Source: Massalongia carnosa
Taxonomy: Eukaryota
Direction of reading: 5' to 3'
NCBI GenBank assembly: GCA_965645245.1
Contig: OZ287071.1
Coordinates: forward strand, 310,001-374,000
Length of the DNA stretch: 64,000 nt
Part shown: positions 13,351-24,367 of the stretch, one piece after another
Layout: every line of letters starts with the position of its first letter
How positions within the stretch are numbered: position 1 is the stretch's first letter
The notes under the pieces: generated by a model
Told to the model about the DNA's origin: nothing
What the model saw: only the letters and a program-made list of their open reading frames with translations
Database searches by the model: none
Position numbers and translations under genes: made by a program

Positions 13351-14127
13351 TCCTTTTTTTACCGTATAAAATCCTTACTTCTCTGTAGATCAAATCCCAG
13401 AGTTCAATTCAATCTCCACTAGTAATACATCTTTTAGATAGAGAACATCAAATCCGTGCGTATTCAACTTGGGAAGATTCTTCACAAATATCCGCCTCCA
13501 CACCCTTCTACGTTCTCACAGATTCTTCGCCGTTTCTTTGCTCCGCGCTCTTAGGCATCGCCATTACTATTTACCTCAGCATGTAAGGACCGTCTTCTTA
13601 CTAAGGTGGATTGTTAGAAAATCATTAAGTTGGTTATCAACATTCATTTTGACTTATTATTGATAGGTGATGTCTGTCAGAAGGAACTTGGGGCAACGGC
13701 CAATATTTATAATAGAGAGTGCTTTCCTGCTCTATGAGATGATCTAGAGAGTCGAAAGTGTACGATCTGATCTCAAAGCTGCTGCAAGATTCACTAAACT
13801 AGCTAGTTATGACTAGGAGACGTTGGAGGATGAATAATTCGGCAGCTTCTGAATCTTCAAAAACGGGCCTTAGACATGATAAAGTGGTCTTGCCAATCAA
13901 ATAGCCTATGGTGTAATTAGTATAGTTTCATATTTATTTGATATTGATCTACAGGTCAATCCTTTTCTTGTGTGCCTGCAGAAAAGAGGGACCATTTAAC
14001 CTGATTCCTTAATAAGCGCATTGCCAAGTCAATTAAGTGTTGAATATCTTCAATATATCCAATAAGACTTGGATAGGTTGAAGTTGTTTTGGTCTAAATT
14101 TTCTACAAACGTGGCTGTAATAGTACA

Positions 14128-15792
14128 ATGTCTTCATCTGAAGATGAATCTGTCCCATCGTTACCATCGCTCCGCTCTCCTCAGCCACATAAGAATGATC
14201 GATCTTATGGAGATGGAGACTCAAAGCAAGAACAAAGCGGGTTTGAATCGGTAAACAAGGGAACGGGTAGCAGTCAGAACGGTTCCGAGACACTCACAGC
14301 GCGTACTATGCAATCTGATAACAACTCATTCTCTGCACATAAAAGTAACGCCGACCGAGAAGCTTCACCCTTACCGGCACGTTCAAACAAGTACAACGGA
14401 CCACCTTCTACATGGCGCAGTTGGACCGCGTCAGAACAGGGGCTAGCTGCTAGCTTAGACCAGGTAACCGCCAAAGATCTTGCCGTGCATTTATACAATG
14501 CACACTGCTTGAAGCAGAGGGCAAATAAAGTGGGCTCGCAAGGAAGGATACAATTCCCAGACAGGGAGGACGAACATGACAGTAGACCAGGATGGCAGCC
14601 TCCCAAGCGTTGGACGGCTTGGCCACTTGCATTAGATGATGTTCCTCGAGAAGAGAATATCTCCCTTTGGGCCAGCCAGGATTCATATCGCCTGAATGAA
14701 AGCCGCTGTAGATACAACTCTCAACGTCAAGTTTTACAAGAAATACTGATAGCTCAGGTGCTGAAGAAGGCAAAAGAGAGAAATAGCCACTTAGAGCAAG
14801 AGCACGACACCCTGGGATCACTTGAAACCGATATTGAAACGGAATCTATACGTTCAAATGGCCGCAATGCTCAAGGAGAGCTTAAACCAACCATTTTGTT
14901 AGATGATGATATTTCAGCAGATCTACTACAACCCGCAGTTCGTCATGTCCTTGCAAAGCTGGACGGTCTACTCATGGGTCTACATCACGCACGGGATGCT
15001 TATATAGTAGCTGAATATGCTTCATCAAAACTACAAAATACGTTAGATAATCGAGGGAAAAGAAAGCGAAGCATTTCAAGAGCCAGCAAGGGTAGACCAC
15101 AGCCATCGAACCCATTGGTGAACTTAGAACCTGCGTTTGGCTTTACTATAGGTAATGGCTCGATACTCGATGCTGCACTCCCACACGGAATGACATGCTC
15201 TAGCATCCGAGAGAAGCAACTTCTTCAAAAGCGCAAGGCCGATCTCAGGCTTCGGGACTGGAGTGACGTATTAGGCATTGCTTTAATTACTGCCTGGGAC
15301 CCAAAGGTCATCCATAAAGCAGCTATTCGGTGCAGTGCGCTCTTTGGAGAGGCCATAAAGCTGAGAACTCTGGAGGAAAATGGGGGCGACCCGAAAGAAA
15401 TTACCGTCTTTCCTATTGCTGCATGTTCAGATACAGTGAACTCCGGTAACGAAATGCTAGTAGGAGATTGGTGTTCCAGCTCTACGCCCTCTCGTTCCCC
15501 TGATTCACGGCGCTTAGGGACAACGCGCAAAGAGTGGAAAATACATTGTCCGTTTCCAGCTTGCCAACGATCCACTCGCGGGTTCTTCAGTTCGTATGCG
15601 TTAAAGAGACATCTAAGGCAAGTACACCAAAGCCTAACAGTATCCGAGCAAATGAAAGTTGAGGAAAACGAAGAACAGATGGTTGGGGGTGTTCATGTGG
15701 ATGGGTTTCTCCTACCAGTTCAGGCGGCAGAAGCGTGGGTAGCTGGTGGACGACGACGACGTAAGAATGGGCGCCACAAATCAAACCGATGA
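14128..15792 (+). CDS. RRN9: RNA polymerase I upstream activation factor Rrn9-domain protein with a C-terminal C2H2 zinc finger
   Basis: 'GPPSTWRSWT..E..LAASLD....DLAVHLYNAH.LK' and 'W.PPKRWTAWPL' are typical of the fungal RRN9 domain; also 'LRDWSDVLGIA' and 'CPFPAC...F...YALKRHLRQVH'. Confidence 0.75.
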   Translation: MSSSEDESVPSLPSLRSPQPHKNDRSYGDGDSKQEQSGFESVNKGTGSSQNGSETLTARTMQSDNNSFSAHKSNADREASPLPARSNKYNGPPSTWRSWTASEQGLAASLDQVTAKDLAVHLYNAHCLKQRANKVGSQGRIQFPDREDEHDSRPGWQPPKRWTAWPLALDDVPREENISLWASQDSYRLNESRCRYNSQRQVLQEILIAQVLKKAKERNSHLEQEHDTLGSLETDIETESIRSNGRNAQGELKPTILLDDDISADLLQPAVRHVLAKLDGLLMGLHHARDAYIVAEYASSKLQNTLDNRGKRKRSISRASKGRPQPSNPLVNLEPAFGFTIGNGSILDAALPHGMTCSSIREKQLLQKRKADLRLRDWSDVLGIALITAWDPKVIHKAAIRCSALFGEAIKLRTLEENGGDPKEITVFPIAACSDTVNSGNEMLVGDWCSSSTPSRSPDSRRLGTTRKEWKIHCPFPACQRSTRGFFSSYALKRHLRQVHQSLTVSEQMKVEENEEQMVGGVHVDGFLLPVQAAEAWVAGGRRRRKNGRHKSNR

Positions 15793-16339
15793 TATCGCAT
15801 AAACGTAGCATTACCCCGCTCTATTTATTGGATATTGCCAGGGTTCTACGGTTCTGCCTCGACTGTTGTAGATGGCCGCGCGCTAGGTTTCCCACGGTTG
15901 TTGTTTCAGCCTTATGAAATGCGGTTTATTCATCCCTTCTCACCCTTGTAATTGGTTCTGATAGCGAAAAAATCTGATGGTTTACTCTGATCCCATCGTT
16001 TCCACTTTTCCGCCCGATCCAGGTGGTGAGATTTCTATTACAGGTCTTCACGTCTCAAAGCTTTGTTCTAACTCCTTTATCAATCCGTGCAAGCTATCTC
16101 AGTGCGGTCTTCCGAGATCTCGGTGAATTTTCATTCGGGGATCACCCTTGAGCCTCGTGGCGATGCATTCTATAGGTTGGTGGCACAGCAACGCGTATTG
16201 GATTAGTGTGTCAAATTACGGCTGTTAAAGGCTGCGTGCTACAATGCCTAGTGATTATTCCAAGTGGATAAAGAATATGGAAGTCTCTTGGATTCATTGC
16301 CAAGTCCGCTTGACAGGAGCTGTCTAGTTAATATTTACC

Positions 16340-19300
16340 ATGTCGGTTCGAAGAGGAAGCAATTTTAGTAGCGACGACGACGTTTGCCATCCAACGCCAA
16401 GATCTGGCATGTCTCAGGATTTGACCTCCGAGTCCGGCCTAGAATATCAAAGCTCGTCCGATGAAGCAGCTGAGGAGTCAAGATACCTTAACACCAACGG
16501 TGTGGAGGATTCGTCCTCAAAGACTCTTCTAGACCTTGGACAACTAAACCTGGAAGAAACCCCGAGCCATAACAATCCCAGGCATGAATCACTTTCCGAA
16601 GGCCCATATTATGATTCTACCTTTCAGAAAGCTTTCAAGTCAGCCATAAGTGTGGTTGGAAACATGTCCAGAAACCTCGAGAAATATGAGTCGTCAAAGT
16701 CCGTGGATTCAGATTTACAAAGGATCTTAGAAAAGGCGAAAGCAATGGGAAATTTTCAGAACCCTGCTAGTCAAATAATCGGTATAGTTGGAGATTCAGC
16801 GGCAGGTATAATACATGATTTAAGCGATTTCTTTCTAAAGGTTGATCTTTTGTTGCAGGAAAAAGCAGTCTCATCAACTCGCTTTTGGGCATACGAAACC
16901 TAGCGCTCAAGGTAGGAACCCATATTCCCGTGTAAAGAAACATAAATTAACCCTAGTAATCAGGGTGAATGGGGATCTGCTGTTACATCTTTCGTTACGG
17001 AATATAGATGGCGTTCATGTGCTCATACAGAACCCTTCACCATAGAGGTGATCTATTCCAAAGATGGAGAGATCAATGAACAAATCCGGGAACTACTTAT
17101 AACTTATCGCGAGCTATTTAGGCCGGGATTACAGAACGAGTTATCCAATACTCATGAGGAGTATGTCCACGAGTTATCCAATGCTAATGAGTATGTCCAC
17201 ATACAAAGGAGATCCAGGATAGCCTATGAAACGTTGCAAAGCATCTTTCCAAACGAACCCGACATCAACGCTGAAGTCTTGGGTGATTGGTCTGAGGGTG
17301 CTTTAAATAGGATCTGTAATCGCCTGCAAGTTCTAGCCGCCGGATTGGACTGGCCGGAGGGAGGCCTGAATGGCAAATGGACTTCAACAGCCAAAACCGT
17401 CAAGGAATGCCATAAAAAACTAGCCGTTTTCATGAATAGAGGCTTATGGCCTTTAACGGACGTTGTAAGGTACGTCTCGCTTTAGTATTCAATTAACTTA
17501 AAACTTATTTATTAACCCTAAATACTTACAGGATATATCTCGATTCCCAAGTACTTAAAACTGGTGTTGTGCTTGCAGATCTGCCAGGTCCGTTTATTTT
17601 CGTTACATTTGACCGTATTTACCTGACCGTCCGCAGGATATCGAGACATCAACCTTGCAAGGGTCCAGAAAGCACAGCAGTATCTCATCCGCTGTGATGA
17701 AATTTTCGTAGTGGCAAATATCAAAAGAGTGGTCACTGATTCTAGTGTGAAGGCAATTATACGGGAGCAAACAGGAAGCGTATTAGAAAAATGCAAGAGT
17801 ATTGCAATAGTCTGCACTCATGCAGATGTATGTGGACACACTCTCTTTTGGGTCGAAGACTGAACTCTCAAGGATATCGATGTTCGTGCTGCTGAGAAAA
17901 AGTATGGAACTGTGAAGAAATCGGAGGCTTCAAGAAGGGCTTCCGCCGCTTGGAAGGCAGCTGCCCAGGGTGATAGTCTCCACAAACTCCAGGTCGCCGA
18001 GGCAAGGTACAAATTTCGATTCCATCCAGTGATGGACGTATGTTAACAAGACACTGCAATAGGCGCAAGTACATATATGTCGCTGCTCGAAACGAGGATA
18101 TCAAAAAACAAGTGGCAGCAGCGTACCCGCAGCTTGCCGGCAAGGGTAAGAACAATGTATTCTGCGTTGGAAACAAAGACTTCGATGGAGACCCATATCG
18201 ATGCAACGATGCTCGCACCATAGAGGTAGAGGGTAGTGGTATCCCAGAAGTGCGGCGCTTCTGCCATTCGATCATTGGAAGAGCTCAATTCAGAGCCGTG
18301 AATCTCTTCATGGAAGTAGAGATCCCCGCTTTAATCCAGTCACTCAAAGTATGGATCGTTGCGTCTGAACAGGAGAGGACTCCTCTGTTACCTACCAATT
18401 GCGCGTCGGATCTGAGGAAGGTATGAAATCACAGAACCCCCCTAGAATGCTTGCCAACGATAGCAGAGCCTTGAGGCAGAAATTCGTACCTACCACACCA
18501 GCTTGAAATCGGAGCTGGAGCTTCAGATTCTCAGTCCCCTAAGTGTTTTTACCATCCTCACCCTCGCAACCTTGTCGTACTGACGTTGAACAGAAGCAAG
18601 TGAAAGAATGCTTGATGATGAGGCAATCGAAATTAGCCGAAGATGGCCTCTGAAACAGGTATGATCTACATTTATCTCGAGAATGGTTTTTGTTAACATT
18701 AGCTGTTTCCAGTCTCATTGGAGTAAAACTACCCAGCCAGTGTCCCAGCGAAGGAATTGCTAACACTGCCCATCAGCTCAGTATAAAGCATGGGTGCGTA
18801 ATAATGGTACGCACGCTACCGCTGGCATTCCCTTTCATTGCTGGAACACCGAGCTTCTGTATGAAATGAATAAGATCATGAAGACTCCGTGGGATACCTT
18901 GGAGAGCAAAATCGAAACAACAACGACAAAGCTCCAAGAATCCATCCAGCAAAGGCTATATATCATGAGGCAGCAGATACCTGGTCGGCTCCCCCCACTC
19001 GCGCTTGACTCATAAAAGCTAACGGCCTTTCAAGACGTCGATGCCCTGCAACCCTTAATAGATTCCTTGAGATCCCAAGAACACGCTTTCCTCCACTCAC
19101 TCGAGGATGAGTCAGCAAACCTGCTTCGTGATGTCGGGTATAGCGCAAATCCACCCTTCTAAAAAAACAGCCCTTTAAACTCGTTGTACAGAAATACTCG
19201 ATATAACGCCACGCGTCCGCACCTCAGCTCCTTCGCCCTCGCGATCATGATCCCTACTTACCGCCTCTGCACCCAACAAAACGGCCAAGGCATGCAGAAG

Positions 19301-19618
19301 CGCATGCACGCGGTGATGGAGTCTCAAATGCAGCAGCGAGAGATCTTCCGCCACATCCGCCAAAGAATCCGACTCAACGCCATCGAAGCGTTCGACAAGG
19401 CGGTCAGCCACATGACTAAGCCTATGGTGGAGCTGTGCGAAACGATCAAGCAACAGATCGGCACAGTCACCCAGAAAGACAGGCAGACTTCGGGGAGTTG
19501 TCCGGAGGATTTGCAATGGCTCAAGACGTTGGTCGTGCAGGCGGAGGATCAGGTAAGGAAGCTACAAGCTGAGAGCGATCAAGCTAGGAGAAATGCTAGG
19601 GGCCTGGGGTACATCTAA
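16340..19618 (+). CDS. Dynamin-like / SLIP-GC-like P-loop GTPase, about 13 exons
   Basis: Spliced G1 'GDSAAGKSSLINSLLG' (split by intron 16806-16858), G2 'GSAVTSFVTEY', G3 'LADLPGYRD.N.AR', G4-like 'IVCTHAD', 'SGIPEVRRFC', 'HWTQYKAWVRNNGTH', helical C-terminus. The frame stays open across all predicted introns. Confidence 0.78.
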
Positions 19619-20718
19619 TGGATGTTGTACTCTGTACGCAGTAGGGTGATGCAAAGTAAGTACAAGGGAGTGATTTGAGGTTCTCGTTTGTCCAGGTTTT
19701 TCGCATTTCCATTATATGCAGTTTTCTTTCGTTTGAGAAGCAACTTGTAATTACATAATAAGACAGCTTTGTACTCCAAGGGAGCCGATTTCATTTACAA
19801 CATTATTATCATAATCGATTCGATTCCTGTTAGCGTTGGCCCAGTGGTGGGGGTCTGTACAGCTCTTTATCACCCCTACTCCACTATCTGATGATACACA
19901 GTACAGGCTTGTTGCGCAGATTCAGCCTCCTCCGCAACAGGCGCTCACCTAGGAATTGTTACTATTCATTAAACGCTTCAGTTTTGATTGACAGATGCAG
20001 CAGCAACTGAGCTCCGCGTCAGGATCACATGAAAATTCTATAGACGAGGCTCCATCCCATTTGTAGCAGTCTCGTCTCTGAGCTGATCATAGGAAATCTG
20101 CGAGTGCAATTAGGCTGACAAGAGAATGGAAGCATGCGCAGGAAAATGCATTGCAACCGGTCAAGTAGGTACTTAGATTCTTCTAGGTATGGAAAGGCGA
20201 ATCTCGGAGAGAACCCACACCTAACAAGCTCAATAGTCTCAAGAGATACAACGGTGGCAAGGAGGAAAAGGAATAGTTCTGCTAAGGGAGCTATGAGTAA
20301 GTAGATTGTCTGCGGCTGTAACATGTCTTCGTATCCATTGAGATCAGCCGCAAGTAGAGATACTATTGGAGGAGGCATAGACAATATGAAGTCGTACAGC
20401 AGGGGCGGTTGCTTTGATTTGAGAAGGAAGAGTCAAGATGTTTAGTAATAAATGAGAATGGCGCATTCAATTGACCTCTTGGTTAGATGATACACTTTGT
20501 GCTCTGTGCGTGGTGTTTGTTTTATCGGAGTATGGCTTAACATCATTATCCCAGCAAAAACGTCGAAATCACCGGCCGCCAGTCTATACTCATATCGCCC
20601 GGAAGTTTGCCGTTTCTTATATAGTGAAGAGGAAGAAACGGTGTATGCCATCCACTTCTACAAAGGATTGGCTCTCAGCATTTCGGCTTTAAAACGACAA
20701 AACTTTCTAAGCAACACG

Positions 20719-20751
20719 AGTACAGTGTACACTGTACACTGTACACTGTAC
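20719..20751 (+). repeat. Short 8-nt tandem repeat (TGTACAC-T-like unit, gtacagtgtacactgtacactgtacactgtac) upstream of FPR2
   Basis: Direct reading of the sequence. Confidence 0.7.
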
Positions 20752-20839
20752 CCAAATCGACCATCTCTCCTCATCCCTCCATTGCCCCTACCTATCGTGC
20801 CTCCCACAAACCAAAAGAAAAAGAAGGCGGAAAAAAAAA

Positions 20840-21436
20840 ATGCACATCTCCCTCCCCCTTGTCCTCGCGCTTCTGGCACCTGCGCTCGCCGCCGAAGTCA
20901 CGACCGAGTACACGCTGACGAAAGAATGCACGCGAAAGTCGCAGCGAGGCGACACCATCTCCGTCCACTATCGTGGCACGCTCGCGAGCGACGGGACACA
21001 ATTCGACGCCAGCTATGATCGTGGGACGCCGCTGGATTTCAAGGTTGGGACTGGAATGGTGATCAAGGGGTGAGTGTTTGTGTTCTTGCGGGGCTTTCCT
21101 GCATGTGTGAGCCGGGCGGAATGGGGGGGTGTAGGGTGGGTAATAGGGAAAAGTGTAAGGAATTGGGCTAATGGATTTGGGGATGCTAGGTGGGATGAGG
21201 GATTGTTGGATATGTGCCCAGGCGACAAGCGGAAATTGACGATACCCCCCGAATATGGGTATGGAGACCAGGATATGGGCCCCATCAAGGCCGGATCGAC
21301 TCTGAGTGAGTGGCTTCCATTCGATTGATTCGAGTGTTTGCAACCCGAAGATGGAATGATTGCTAACGATAAATCTGTGCCGGCAGTTTTCGAGACCGAA
21401 CTGGTGAGCATCAATGGTGAAAAGGATGAGCTGTAG
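20840..21436 (+). CDS. FPR2: ER-luminal FKBP-type peptidyl-prolyl isomerase (FKBP13/Fpr2); 3 exons
   Basis: Signal peptide '[18 protein letters not shown]', '[55 protein letters not shown]', C-terminal KDEL then TAG at 21434-21436. Confidence 0.95.
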
Positions 21437-21670
21437 AGATTTTAGGATCACATATGATGGGTGGAAGGGTTTGGCAAAGAGCCCGAGATGATGATAAAGA
21501 ATCGGGAAAAGCGTTGCATCGCGATGGAAACCTCTAGCTTTAATGCCAATGTTTATACATCATAAAGGTTTGACAGAAACCCCCCGAACCACCTTTTCTA
21601 AACGCCAGTCCTATGCAGCCCCCCTTTTGTGTCCGTCCCAATCCATCGTCAACCAAACGCCGGGATACCC

Positions 21671-22795
21671 TTAATCCATCTCTTCCAAAGCACCAATAAT
21701 ATCCCCACCATTTGTTTTGGCATTGTCCTCACCTACCAAAATGCCAACCATGCACTCCCCCAACATTGATTCCCAACTAACCCACGGATGTACCTCCATG
21801 AATAACCGTTCACCTTCTTTCTCCCTACCTGCAGCCTTCATTATCTCATCCACACCCCCCGGGTGAAATTTAATGTATGGGGTCAAATTATACACTTTTC
21901 CCTGCCATACGCCCCAAGCGTCTTTGCCATTGTGGCCATTATGATATCGAAGCAGCGACGGTGGAATCCGTATTAAATTAAGTGGGACGGAAGCGCCTCG
22001 GAGAAACGTAAGGGTGGGTGGATGCCGTGTAAGGTATGCCCAGTCCAGTGGGGAATGGCCTGGATCGAGGAGAACTTTCCTGGATGAACGCTTAGAAGGA
22101 GCAAGGGTTGATGTTGATAGAGGAAGGGAGGAGGTAGAAGGGGCGAGTGATCGAGACGGTGGCGTTTGGAGGCTTGAAGCTGCTGGTGGAGGAGGTTGAA
22201 GTGAAGAAGACGGCTTCGGTAACGGCCGAAGAGCGGGTTTCTTTGGTGATGGTCGAGATGGAGGAGGCATGAGAGTGGCTGAGGATGCTGGAGGGTTTCT
22301 ACTCGTTAATTCAGTGGGTCGGGGGGGCGGAGGCATAGATATAGGTGAATTCTGTTGTATAGGGGCAGGGGGACGTGATTGTGTTGTTGGTAGCTTGGAT
22401 CTCTCGTTGTGGGAGATCCTGACAGATTCGCTGCTTTGTCGGCCATCAGTGTTTCCAACATCATCGAAAGTAAATGAGGGTGTAGGCGGCCCATTCTCTG
22501 ATTTTTGCTCTTGGGATATGGACGCCGCCTGCAGGCAGAAGGGAGCTTTTGTTATATCATCACGAATACCGCGATTTACTAGGGGTATGGTAGTCTTGTC
22601 TCCAATCTCTATGCTATCGCTTTCTTCGGCGACATGTTTGGCATCTTTTGATGCCTGACCCGATTTTAAACTCCCTTTCGCCGAATGATTGATACGCTTC
22701 CACAGATCAAGCAGACGGTACCAAGTCGGAAAACCATGTCTGTAGAACAAAAAGGAGAGTGCCGCTGCGAGGAGACCGAACCCAATGTACACCAT
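21671..22795 (-). CDS. Cytochrome b5-like heme/steroid-binding domain protein (Irc21-like) with N-terminal hydrophobic helix and Pro/Ser-rich linker
   Basis: 'KVLLDPGHSPLDWA', 'HN...DAW....GKVYNLTPYIKFHPGGVDEIM..AG', 'FMEVHPWVSWESMLGECMVG'. First ATG is about 22795; the ORF-track start at 22843 is non-ATG. Confidence 0.85.
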   Translation of the reverse strand: MVYIGFGLLAAALSFLFYRHGFPTWYRLLDLWKRINHSAKGSLKSGQASKDAKHVAEESDSIEIGDKTTIPLVNRGIRDDITKAPFCLQAASISQEQKSENGPPTPSFTFDDVGNTDGRQSSESVRISHNERSKLPTTQSRPPAPIQQNSPISMPPPPRPTELTSRNPPASSATLMPPPSRPSPKKPALRPLPKPSSSLQPPPPAASSLQTPPSRSLAPSTSSLPLSTSTLAPSKRSSRKVLLDPGHSPLDWAYLTRHPPTLTFLRGASVPLNLIRIPPSLLRYHNGHNGKDAWGVWQGKVYNLTPYIKFHPGGVDEIMKAAGREKEGERLFMEVHPWVSWESMLGECMVGILVGEDNAKTNGGDIIGALEEMD

Positions 22796-24367
22796 GGCTA
22801 TTAAAATGATAACAAAATGATAAGATATGGGCGTCAATCTCAAACAGAGGCGCCAGGCCGCTTCGACGAACTAAATTTAAGTTAGCTTTATATTGACCTT
22901 TAGCTCTTACTTGGAGTAACGGCAAAAACCGGGGTTTCAAGCTTACATACCAACAAGCGCAAAAATACTCCCGAGGTTTCCGTTTCGTAACAGTATCAGA
23001 GTAACAAGGTTTTTTATATTGAAAAGATCGAGAAAATGGAAATCGAATAATGACAGCGCGAAGCAGCAAGATGGGGAAACCCCCTCATTGCTCATCTTTA
23101 TGACAACACTTTTATTCAAGAATTAACAATACATGCACAGTGGAGTGGCACAGGTGACAGGCAGAAAAATCAACGCTGAACAAAGCAACTTTCAACCCAA
23201 CAGCAAACTCACTGAGATATCAGATATCTGTAGAGTCGATACCCTTCGTTACGTCGTGTCTCGGCTGGGATATTGCATATCTTCAAGGCGTATTGAAGGA
23301 ACGAATCCATGCACCAAAGAAAGATCGCACACTAACTACATACAATAAGATAAAAAGTGAACGGAGAGAGCCTTTGCTCTTTGAAATTCGAGGGTTTTCC
23401 TCTTTCCTTTTCTAGCCCAGGACCTCGACCATCCCTTGGCCGAAAGGCACGAGCGTTGTCCCGTTCACCTTGTTTAGTCCCTTTGTCTCGGCTCTCTCCC
23501 AAAGCTTACACCTATAACCAAACATCCCGAAGGCTCACTATACATACACCATTCAATCTTACCGGAACAAAACCCCCTTTAGCGGCATTTGAACCCCAAA
23601 GTCCCAGTTCATATAAAAAATTCGTTACTCACCAGCTAGCTGGTCTATCACCAATGAGGAAACAAAACCCGCGGTGGCACAGGAGAAAAGTCGGCAAAAT
23701 ACTTTTTTTTTTCGTGGGAGCCGAGGCTAAAATGAGCACACTACAAGGAGTATTTGGTGATTGACCTGCTGGCTTTCCCGCAACTAGAGTGTCCCTGCTG
23801 CCTAAGGTTACTCTTTTAACGATGGGGAAACGCAGGCCTTTCCAATACTTGGGTAAAATCCAGAGGGAAGAACCTTGTCAATCTGGGGAAAGGCGCTATA
23901 TCATGGAATAGAGAGTTGCGCGGACAGAATCAACCTGTAAATTATGCCTCTTATTGGTAGCCGCAATATAGATTCGTTGCAAAGAGCATTTCGTAATAGA
24001 TTTGTATACATGATGTACCTTTCTAAATCAAGATTAAAACTGGTCAGGGGGTTCAAAGAAACTCTTGAGAATATTCAGAAAAAACTAGCGCTGTTTCTGC
24101 AAACGGATTTGGCGCAATGAGAGGCAACGATGGACATGACTGGATTGACGTTACGAGAGCGAATCGCGGATGTATACAGACAAATAAAACAGCCCATTAC
24201 AGAGTACAATGAAGGAATAGAGATTGGTATAAGATACAAGTCTAGGGTCCCACAACATGGGAGCAGCTGATCCCCCCTTTCTTTCTCAATGTGACAGAAA
24301 TGCCAACCCCCATCCAAATTTCCTACCAAGCTCGCCATATATCCCTAAACCATCACCTATCACCTAT

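Noticed and set aside
13194..13422. Poly-Pro / poly-Leu ORFs after SAC1
   Set aside because: These are translation artefacts of a (CCT)n tract in the 3' region.
17513..17521. Telomerase RNA template-like TAACCCTAA
   Set aside because: It lies at the branch-point region of an intron in a protein-coding gene, as a single isolated match.
20025..20384. 119-aa minus-strand ORF with a hydrophobic stretch
   Set aside because: Non-ATG start and no recognisable motif. It could be a relic but cannot be supported.
23435..23453. Hammerhead ribozyme suggested by the GCC-GAAA-GGC stem-loop
   Set aside because: The conserved core CUGANGA...GAAA flanking stem II is absent.
23357..23764. 135-aa plus-strand ORF
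   Set aside because: GTG start, no recognisable domain, crosses a T homopolymer. More plausibly non-coding.
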